DNA of 64,000 nucleotides, taken from NCBI GenBank assembly GCA_965203465.1, contig CBDBCR010000001.1, forward strand, positions 384,001-448,000, in the 5' to 3' direction. The translations under genes were made by a program, and so were the position numbers. Shown piece after piece: positions 56,814 to 64,000 of this stretch. The stretch is from Nitrosopumilaceae archaeon. GTDB taxonomy: Archaea; Thermoproteota; Nitrososphaeria; Nitrososphaerales; Nitrosopumilaceae. Position 1 is the stretch's first letter. Each line of letters begins with the position of its first letter. Below the pieces are notes generated by a model. That model was not told the DNA's origin. It was given only the letters and a program-made list of their open reading frames with translations, and did no database searches.

Positions 56814-58220
56814 ATGAATAGACGTACTAGCATGGTGTTCACCATCGCCGCGGTAGCGGCAATGGGAGCAACGCTGTTCGGAGGCACGTTCACTCAGTCC
56901 GCCGCGTCCGGCGCCGCCCTCGGCAAAGACACCGAGGCGGCCCACCAGATGGGCGGCCTCGAGCTCGTGATGCCGAGCGCGTTTGCCAGCACGCACTGTG
57001 AAAACGTAGACACGATGGGCCGCAACGTGGTAGAGGCAAATCTGGTCGGTGTCAGCGTCGAGCTGCCCATCATGGGAGGCAAGACGTACAGCGCGATGAC
57101 CTTCAACGAGCAGGTCCCCGGACCTACCGTGAGGGCCACGCAGGGCGACGTCATAAAGATGACGCTCACCGTACCCGAAGACGAGCTCACCGCGCACGGA
57201 AACGACATGCACGCCTCGCAGATAAGCGGCGCCAACTTCGGCGCCGTCCAGCCGGGCGAGTCAAAGACCTACTGCTTCATCGCGGAGGTCCCCGGCGTGT
57301 TCAAGTACCACTGCTCCGGCATAGACCTGGCCGCAATGGATCAGCACGTGTTCTCTGGCATGTACGGCATAACCATAGTCGATCCGCTCGACGGCTACAA
57401 AAAGCTGATGACGGAAAAGACGATGGTGGAGAACGGGCGGATCAAGATAGATCGCCAGTTCGTAGAGCCCGACGCGCTAGAGTTCCAGCTCCAGTACAAC
57501 GAACTGTACCTCAACGACGACGGCGGCTACGACATGAACAAGATGTTCGACCACGATCTGGCACAGACGGTGGTCAACGGCTTGGCGTTTTCGTACCTGC
57601 CCAACGAGATCCACAACACGCTGATCAACGGCGACCCGCGCAGGGACGTCACCATAGCGCAGGTGTGGAACTCTTCGGACCTCAACCAGTACCAGGCGCA
57701 GCTGCTCTTCGTTGAAGAGGATCAGCACGTCCGGTTCTTCGTGCAAAACCAGGGCCGCGAGTCCGTGTTTTGGCACATCGTCGGCGAGATCCTAGACAGG
57801 GTCACGCAGGGCAACAGGGTCCAGGCGCAGGGAACGGAGACGTGGCTGCTCGGCGGCTCGCAGAACATGATCGTTGATGTGGTATTCGACGAACCGGGCC
57901 ACTACATAGCGGTCAACCACGACTATGCGGCCATATACCAGGGCGCCGCGACGGTCATCGTCGTAGGCGATCCGTTCGGCCTCAACCCGACACTGATGGA
58001 TCTAGGCGTGATTGAATCTCCTGTACCTTCGTACGCGCACGTCATGGGCAACCCCACCGACGCAATCCCGCCGATGGGCTCTCAGAGCGTAGCGCACCCC
58101 GCGCAGATACTCCACGGCCTGTACACCGACGATCGCGCAGCGCAGATACAGCAAGAGACGGGCGCCCTTACGGGCAGCGCCGTCATGCAGATAGTCAACG
58201 ACGCGCTGGCAGCTTCCTAG
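56814..58220 (+). CDS. nirK: Copper-containing nitrite reductase (archaeal NirK)
   Basis: Signal peptide; HGNDMH, YHC, HVFSGM, WHIVGE, NHD T1/T2 Cu ligands. Confidence 0.92.
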   Translation: MNRRTSMVFTIAAVAAMGATLFGGTFTQSAASGAALGKDTEAAHQMGGLELVMPSAFASTHCENVDTMGRNVVEANLVGVSVELPIMGGKTYSAMTFNEQVPGPTVRATQGDVIKMTLTVPEDELTAHGNDMHASQISGANFGAVQPGESKTYCFIAEVPGVFKYHCSGIDLAAMDQHVFSGMYGITIVDPLDGYKKLMTEKTMVENGRIKIDRQFVEPDALEFQLQYNELYLNDDGGYDMNKMFDHDLAQTVVNGLAFSYLPNEIHNTLINGDPRRDVTIAQVWNSSDLNQYQAQLLFVEEDQHVRFFVQNQGRESVFWHIVGEILDRVTQGNRVQAQGTETWLLGGSQNMIVDVVFDEPGHYIAVNHDYAAIYQGAATVIVVGDPFGLNPTLMDLGVIESPVPSYAHVMGNPTDAIPPMGSQSVAHPAQILHGLYTDDRAAQIQQETGALTGSAVMQIVNDALAAS

Positions 58221-58275
58221 GGTCTTTACCCTTTTTTAGACGCGCATGGCGGGCCGCCCCGCGCGCGGCTTTGTA

Positions 58276-58353
58276 TGGTGGGCCCGATGAGATTCGAACT
58301 CATGACCTTTCGATTATCAGTCGAACGCTCCAGCCAAGCTGAGCTACGAGCCC
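58276..58353 (-). tRNA. tRNA-Ile(GAT), CCA encoded
   Basis: GGGCTCG acceptor, CT-GAT-AA loop, GTTCGAAT, ACCA end. Confidence 0.96.
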
Positions 58354-58385
58354 ACGGGGGCGGGCGGGGCCGGCCGGATTTAAGT

Positions 58386-58928
58386 CTAATTTGCCGGCTT
58401 CCACTTTATCGAGCAGCCGATCGAGGGATCAAAGTCCTTCTCTATGGGCCTGCCGGCAAGCAGGCTCTCTATGTTGGCCTCCATGGTCATTTCGGAGGCC
58501 TGCGCCTCGGGAGTCGCCGCGTCGTCTAGCCTGCCGTGGAAGACCAGCCTGCGGCCCGCGTCGAACAGGAACGGATCCGGCGTGCAGGTGGCCCCGTAGG
58601 CCCTGGCCGTCTCCTGCGTCTGGTCTGCCAGGTAGTCTATGCCGAGATCCATTTTTTTCATGGCCTCGAAAGAGTCCTCCGGGTATGCCTGCGCGTCGTT
58701 GCTGTTTATCCCCACGATGTCTATTTTGCCGCCGAACTTTCCTGCCAGCCTGCGTATCTCGGGGATCTTTGCCTTTACGTAGGGGCAGTGGTTGCACATG
58801 AATATGACTAGCAGGCCGGCCTTGCCGTACTCGGAGAGCCTGTGGTCTTTTCCGTCGGTCCCGGGAAGCTCGAACGGGGGGGCCGCGTCGCCCGCCGACA
58901 GCTTTGTCTGGGATTCGAGAAGCACCAC
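58386..58928 (-). CDS. Thioredoxin-like AhpC/TSA protein
   Basis: FMCNHCPYV, INSND...YPEDSF, YGATCTPDPF, GCSIKWK. Confidence 0.9.
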   Translation of the reverse strand: MVLLESQTKLSAGDAAPPFELPGTDGKDHRLSEYGKAGLLVIFMCNHCPYVKAKIPEIRRLAGKFGGKIDIVGINSNDAQAYPEDSFEAMKKMDLGIDYLADQTQETARAYGATCTPDPFLFDAGRRLVFHGRLDDAATPEAQASEMTMEANIESLLAGRPIEKDFDPSIGCSIKWKPAN

Positions 58929-59001
58929 GGCGCCGCCCGGCGGCCTGCTACATAAAAACCGTGACAAAGCAATAAAACCGGCCAGCGCCGGGCGCCGCCG
59001 T

Positions 59002-59075
59002 GGGCTGGTAGTATAGCCTGGTAGTATACCCGCCTTGCACGCGGGGGGTCATGGGTTCGAATCCCGTCCAGTCCA
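59002..59075 (+). tRNA. tRNA-Ala(TGC)
   Basis: G3:U70 pair, CT-TGC-AC loop, GGTTCGAATCC. Confidence 0.96.
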
Positions 59076-59364
59076 TTTCCCTTGTCCCTTTTATCGGATG
59101 TTTCCGGGTGGCAGTCGATGAAGATAACGCGCGCAGAGTTCGAAAGGACGGGCGGGCGGGCCTGCCGGAGAAACCCGCCTCGGATCCGGGCGTCTTGGAA
59201 GTACCCGCCCGGAATTTTGGGCGGGGTGGACTCGGGGCCAGCCGGCAGCACCGGCACCCGGACCGCCGGAGATCTAAGGCGGCGGCCCTCGCCTGGGGCG
59301 GCCGCCCGGCCGTAGTCCGGCACGCCCCGGAAGGGGGCGAAGTTTTTTACTAGGGTACCTGAGG

Positions 59365-59571
59365 GTGCGGTACATGGAAGGGCGGCGGGCGGTCAGGTGT
59401 CCGGAGTGCGATTCGGCGGTGCTCAACACGCCGCGCATAGTCGTGCGCCGCACAAAGTCGACCCGGATAGGGCTGCCGCTCAAGGCGTGCCCCCGGTGCA
59501 GGATAATCGTGGCGGCCGGGGCCATGGACGGCTGGAGGATATGGACGCCCAACGGGCTGGCCGAGACGTGA
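59365..59571 (+). CDS. Small zinc-ribbon protein
   Basis: CPEC...CPRC; T-rich box at 59343-59349. Confidence 0.6.
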   Translation: MRYMEGRRAVRCPECDSAVLNTPRIVVRRTKSTRIGLPLKACPRCRIIVAAGAMDGWRIWTPNGLAET

Positions 59572-59630
59572 GGGCCGCCCCGCTTGGCCGCGGCCGCATG
59601 GGTTATACGCGCCGGGCGCGCACGTAGTGC

Positions 59631-60500
59631 GTGGCGCGCGGGTACGCATCCGACGAGCTTGGCAGGCGCGTGGCCGACCTGCTCGGATCGAACCCGGGCC
59701 TGCCGGGCTCGGAAATTTCGCGCAGGCTGGGCGTGGGCAGGGCCACCATGGCAAAGTACCTCTCGCTCTTCGAATCCGAGGGCCTTGTGCGCAAGAGCCT
59801 CGCCGGCGGCGTGGCCCTCTGGCACGCAGGAGACGCGGCCGAGCGGTTCTCGTTTCCCGAGGACTATTTCCGCGTGCAGAAAAAATACTCAAAGGCGCTC
59901 TCGTCGCTTTCCGTCTCCGAGGCGCGCTCGCTCGTCTCGGGGTGCGCGCACTCGGGCGCGTCGGTCTCGCGCATGGTGTCGGAGGTGTTTTTGCCGTCGG
60001 TGCTAGAGACGGGCGCGCTCTTCGACCAGGGCAGGATCGGGGCCGCCGAGGAGAGCATGATGAGGACGATGGTCTCCGATTCCATACGGCAGCTCGACTT
60101 TCCGCCGCCGCCCGAGCCGGGCAAGACCGCGGTGCTCATGTCGGCAGACTCGGACAGGCTCATGCTCGACGCCGCGCGCGCCATGTACGGCGCCGAGCGC
60201 TGGCGCACCTGCTCTCTAGGAAACGTGGCCACCGCGGCCGACGTGATATTCGACCTGGACCTGCAAAAGCTCGTCGCGCGCGTCTCGGGCGGGCGCGGCA
60301 CCACGGTCGTGGCCGTCTTTTCCGGCTCGCCCGAGCCCATGGCGTTCTTTGCAGAGGCCGTAAAGTCGGTAAAGTCGCGCCACCGCGGCCGGCTCCTGTC
60401 GGTGCTGTGCGGCCCCGACTGCGGCGTGGAGGCGGACCTTGCCACCGACGACCTCTCGGCGGTGCTCCAGTGGTCCGAGACCGCCTGCGGGGCGGCCTAG
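59631..60500 (+). CDS. HTH regulator with B12-binding-like cap and Rossmann domains
   Basis: GSEISRRLGVGRATMAKYL HTH; FLP...ETG.LFDQGRIGAAEE cap motif. Confidence 0.75.
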   Translation: MARGYASDELGRRVADLLGSNPGLPGSEISRRLGVGRATMAKYLSLFESEGLVRKSLAGGVALWHAGDAAERFSFPEDYFRVQKKYSKALSSLSVSEARSLVSGCAHSGASVSRMVSEVFLPSVLETGALFDQGRIGAAEESMMRTMVSDSIRQLDFPPPPEPGKTAVLMSADSDRLMLDAARAMYGAERWRTCSLGNVATAADVIFDLDLQKLVARVSGGRGTTVVAVFSGSPEPMAFFAEAVKSVKSRHRGRLLSVLCGPDCGVEADLATDDLSAVLQWSETACGAA

Positions 60501-61378
60501 CCGAGCGCGATCCCGGCCGCCGCCAAGGCGCCTGCGGCCCTCGAAGACCAGACCGTCCTCGACATGGCCTCGATGCAGTCGCCCGAGTGGCCGCGGCGCA
60601 GCGAGAGGCCGGCGCGCGCGGCCAGGGGCAGGGCCGCCAACGCCAGCAGCGCAGAGTGCGGAAGGGCCCCAGAAAGGGCCCCCGCGGCCACCGAGGCGTA
60701 GGCGGCCGCCGCAAAGACCCAAAAGAGCGGAGCGGCCCTCTCCCTGCCCAAGAGCGTCACGAGCGTCCTGCGCCCGCCGGCCTTGTCGGCGTCGTGGTCC
60801 GGAAAGGATGTCACGAACAGGACCAGCGCCGAGAGGCACCCCGCCGCCGCGCCGGCAAAGGCCACCTCGGCCCCGAGCCCGCCGGACTGTATCAGGTATG
60901 TGCCGGCCACGATGGCCGCGCCCTTGGCGGCAACGAAGACCTCGGCCAGCCCCGTATCGACGATGCGCCCCGAGTACATGTACACCGAGACGACGGCAAA
61001 GGCCAGCAGGGCCGCGACGGGCCACCCCTGCATGTACACAAAGTACGCGCCGGCCGCGGCCCCCGCGGCGAGCAGCGCGAGGCCGGCCCTGCGCACCTTC
61101 TCCGGCTCCAGCAGGCCCTCGGGCAGCACGCCGGTGCCGCCGCTCATGCCTGTCCTGCGCGTCCTAGAGTCGATGCCGCGCCTGTAGTCGTGGTAGTCGT
61201 TGAGCATGTCGACGCTCGCGTGGAGGGCCAGCACGCCCGCCATGGTCAGGGCCGCGTGGCCCGCGTCGAGCGTCCCCGACTGCCACCACTGCAGCGCGAG
61301 GCCCGAGCACACGGCTATGACAGAGGCCAGCATGAACTTGGGGCGCGCCAGGCGGGCCCACGCGCGCAGCGCGCCCAA
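60497..61378 (-). CDS. UbiA-family prenyltransferase (MenA-like)
   Basis: ARPKF, NDYHDYRRGID, PDHDADKAGGRRTL. Confidence 0.87.
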   Translation of the reverse strand: MGALRAWARLARPKFMLASVIAVCSGLALQWWQSGTLDAGHAALTMAGVLALHASVDMLNDYHDYRRGIDSRTRRTGMSGGTGVLPEGLLEPEKVRRAGLALLAAGAAAGAYFVYMQGWPVAALLAFAVVSVYMYSGRIVDTGLAEVFVAAKGAAIVAGTYLIQSGGLGAEVAFAGAAAGCLSALVLFVTSFPDHDADKAGGRRTLVTLLGRERAAPLFWVFAAAAYASVAAGALSGALPHSALLALAALPLAARAGLSLRRGHSGDCIEAMSRTVWSSRAAGALAAAGIALG

Positions 61379-61379
61379 T

Positions 61380-61763
61380 CTACACTAGCGCCTCGTCGCT
61401 TACCTCGAGCGGCTTGCGCCCGGCAAAGCCCGACCCGATCTCGTGCCAGAACTTGACCGAATCCTCGCCGTACTTCCAGCACAGCCACACCTCCTCGCCG
61501 AACCTTTTCGACGGAAAGTCGGCCAGCCCGCCCTCGACGCTCTTTACTATCACGCCGGCCGACTCCATCTCCTCCATGTCGGCATGAAAGCGCGCGGCGG
61601 CAGAGTTGAAGCGCTGCTTCAGCCGTATCCACTCGTCCAGGCTGGAGGCCCGCGACATCATGGCCTCGGCCTTGTCCATCTCGCCCTTTTCCTTGATGAT
61701 TTTCCCCATCAGACCCGAGACGGCCGGAAGGGCGGCGTTGGCCTCGGACTGCGTAAAGAACAC
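61380..61763 (-). CDS. DUF2203 family protein
   Basis: FT..EANAALP, GLADFP...GEEVWLCWKYGE...WH...GFAGRKP. Confidence 0.87.
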   Translation of the reverse strand: MFFTQSEANAALPAVSGLMGKIIKEKGEMDKAEAMMSRASSLDEWIRLKQRFNSAAARFHADMEEMESAGVIVKSVEGGLADFPSKRFGEEVWLCWKYGEDSVKFWHEIGSGFAGRKPLEVSDEALV

Positions 61764-61889
61764 GCACGCGCGGCGGCCCGGCCCGATTTAAAGCCTGCGC
61801 GCGAACCCGCGCACTCTTTTCCGGGCCGCGGGGACGGCCCGCCGCTCCAAACAATCCATCTTTATACGGGCGGCAGGCCGGCCGCCGAG

Positions 61890-62453
61890 TTGCTCAACAG
61901 GCTGCGCGGACGGCTAGAGCCGGCGCTTTCCGCGGTGGGGCGGGCGTTCGCGGCCACCGGCCTGCCGCCGGACTTTTGGACGTACCTCGGGCTGGCCCTC
62001 GCGCTGGCCTCGGCCGGCGCTTTCGCGAGCGGGCTGCAGCACGCCGCGCTCTTGGGCGGCGCGCTGCTCTTGGCCTCGGGATTCTTTGACGTGGTCGACG
62101 GGCAGGTGGCGCGCGCGGCAAAAAAAGAGTCGCGCCGCGGCGCGTTCGCCGACTCGCTCGCGGACAAGGCGGCCGAGGCGGCCGTCTTTGTCGGCATCAT
62201 GGCCGGTTCCCTGGCCGAGCCGCTGCTGGTCGCCGCGGCCCTCTCGCTCTCGCTGCTGGTAAGCTACGCGCGGGCGCGCGCCGAATCTTTGGGCGTGCAG
62301 CTGTCCGGCGTCGGGATAGGCGAGCGCGCGGAGCGCCTGCTGATACTGGCCGTCGTGGGGATGTTTTGGATGGAGGCCGCCGTGGCCGCGGTGGCCGCCG
62401 CAGCGGCTATAACCTTGGCGCACAGGGCCGTATCCACGGCCCGGCGGCTCTAG
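61890..62453 (+). CDS. CDP-alcohol phosphatidyltransferase (archaetidylinositol-phosphate synthase-like)
   Basis: DVVDGQVAR....S.RGAFADSLAD, SYARARAE, ERAERL. Confidence 0.9.
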   Translation: MLNRLRGRLEPALSAVGRAFAATGLPPDFWTYLGLALALASAGAFASGLQHAALLGGALLLASGFFDVVDGQVARAAKKESRRGAFADSLADKAAEAAVFVGIMAGSLAEPLLVAAALSLSLLVSYARARAESLGVQLSGVGIGERAERLLILAVVGMFWMEAAVAAVAAAAAITLAHRAVSTARRL

Positions 62454-62737
62454 CGGAGCCGGCCGCGCTTGCGGCGGTTGTCCGCCGAGCGTATCTTTAG
62501 GATCTTGAAGTGTATGGCGCACGATATGCAGTACCAGTTGAGCACCTTGGGGGAGGCGATGTAGGTGCCCTGCGCGCGCAGCTCCTTTGCGAGCGTGTGC
62601 TCGACTAGGCTGAGCCTGGAGGTGACCTTTTTGGCCTTGTCCTTGGGGACCGTCTGGCCGCAGTTGGAGCACTGGACAACGCCGGTCGAGCCCTTGCCCC
62701 CCTTGGTGCGGCCCCTGCTTGCGCGCTTTAGCGGCAT
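62450..62737 (-). CDS. rps26e: 30S ribosomal protein S26e
   Basis: MPLKRASRGR, CSNCG..VPKDKA, YCISCAIH. Confidence 0.95.
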   Translation of the reverse strand: MPLKRASRGRTKGGKGSTGVVQCSNCGQTVPKDKAKKVTSRLSLVEHTLAKELRAQGTYIASPKVLNWYCISCAIHFKILKIRSADNRRKRGRLR

Positions 62738-62818
62738 GGGTGAGCGCGCCCGAATCTGGCTATATATTCGTGCGTCTGCCGGCAACCCCTAAATCGCTCG
62801 CGCCGGCGCCGCCCGGAA

Positions 62819-63679
62819 GTGAAGGCCGAGGTATGGGGGCACTGCACATTCGATTCGCTGTCGGTTGTCGGCGCCCGGTACCAGAGGCCGGGCGGGCCGC
62901 CCTGCTACTGCGGCCGCGCCGCGGCCCGCATGGGCGCCTCGGTCACGCTGCGCACGCGCTTCGGGCCCGACTTCGACCCCGCGCATCTTGGCGGCATGGA
63001 GTGCCCCGACGCTCGGTGCCCCTCGCCCACGACGCGCTTCCGCATAGAGGTGGAGGGGGCCTCGCGCCGCGTCTTTTTCGAAAACTCGTGCGAGCCGGTG
63101 CTGCCCGCCAGCTCCGATCCGGACTGTTCCATGGTCAACCCCGTCATGGGCGAGCTCGCAGGCGAGGCGCTGCTGTGCGCCCGCAGGGGCGGCTTCGTGA
63201 TGCTCGACCCGCAGGGGTTTTTGCGCAGGGCCGGTGCCGGCGGCTTGGTGAGTTTCGAGGGGCGGGCCCCGGACATGGAGGGCGTCTCGGCCGTAAAGGC
63301 CAGCCCGCCGGAGCTGGAGGCCATGACGGGAAGCTGCGGCCTCGAGGGCATGAAGCTGCTGCAAAAGGCCGGCGCGGCCTGCGTGCTGCACACCGACGGG
63401 CTCGAGATATCTATGTTGGAGGGGGGGCGCCTGTACTCCATCCGGCTGCCCAACCGCGACGTGGGCGACACGACCGGGGCCGGCGACATACTCGGCGCCA
63501 CGTTCGCCTGCGCGATGGTGCGCGAGCGCGACCCCGTCTGGGCCCTGTGCTTCGCCGGCGGGGCGGTCCAGGCCGCGCTAGAGTCGGGCCTGCCGGGGCC
63601 CGACAAGGTGCAGCCTGCCGGGGCCACCTCGACCAACGCCTCGTACTTTTACAACCTGCTGGAATTCCGTTCCGCATGA
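62819..63679 (+). CDS. PfkB-family carbohydrate kinase
   Basis: PGG, DPQG, DTTGAGD. Confidence 0.85.
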   Translation: MKAEVWGHCTFDSLSVVGARYQRPGGPPCYCGRAAARMGASVTLRTRFGPDFDPAHLGGMECPDARCPSPTTRFRIEVEGASRRVFFENSCEPVLPASSDPDCSMVNPVMGELAGEALLCARRGGFVMLDPQGFLRRAGAGGLVSFEGRAPDMEGVSAVKASPPELEAMTGSCGLEGMKLLQKAGAACVLHTDGLEISMLEGGRLYSIRLPNRDVGDTTGAGDILGATFACAMVRERDPVWALCFAGGAVQAALESGLPGPDKVQPAGATSTNASYFYNLLEFRSA

Positions 63680-63710
63680 TTATTTTACCGGTGGCGGGGG
63701 CGGGGCGCCC

Positions 63711-64000
63711 GTGAAGGTCTCGGTGTACGCGCCAGACGCGCCAGAGCAGTCGGTGCGCAGGCTGCGCCGCATGCTGGAGCTGGAGGGCGTGCAGAGCAGG
63801 GCGGCCAAGCCGCGCTCAAAGCCCGCCGGCGAGGACTGCGTGCTGGTGCTCGGCGGGGACAAGGGGGTGCGCGAGTACTTTCACAAGGCGCCCGACACGT
63901 CGGTGCCGGTGCTGGGCCTAGGCGAGGGCGAATCGGGCGGCATGCTGGCGCAGACCGACATACGGGATCTCGCCTCGGATCTGCCGCGCCTGCGGCGCGG
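63711..64000 (+). CDS. NAD+ kinase-like protein (partial, runs off the window)
   Basis: DCVLVLGGDKG, PVLG...GG.LA. Confidence 0.7.
   Translation, partial: MKVSVYAPDAPEQSVRRLRRMLELEGVQSRAAKPRSKPAGEDCVLVLGGDKGVREYFHKAPDTSVPVLGLGEGESGGMLAQTDIRDLASDLPRLRR

Overview
This window comes from an ammonia-oxidising archaeon (Thaumarchaeota/Nitrosopumilaceae) with unusually high GC, as seen in Cenarchaeum-like sponge symbionts; the lifestyle is inference. It is mostly a tightly packed core genome. It carries amoB/amoC and amoX/amoA split by an ~11.6 kb block (4-hydroxybutyrate-CoA ligase, hisS, aIF6, ferredoxin, rfcS, GINS, MCM), a probable extra AMO subunit gene, nirK, the LysW-type lysine/arginine operon, cofC/cofD, ribosomal and translation genes, a Dam-type methylase and six tRNAs. 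Three small lower-GC islands hold decayed genes: two paralogous VapBC-like loci and a DUF5678 plus retropepsin-like protease pair. The most notable observations are: (i) a 10-bp-periodic direct repeat shared by the promoter of an RHH/Zn-finger gene and the divergent rfcS / GINS-MCM promoter, a candidate replication regulon; (ii) a LysW ending in Gln instead of the reactive Glu; (iii) an unannotated 51-aa Cys/His-rich microprotein; (iv) sequence elements shared among amo genes and nirK; (v) a tRNA-Leu with a D-arm BHB intron and a tRNA-Thr with an aberrant T-loop. All calls are by eye with no database searches, and start codons were often chosen from TATA-box spacing.
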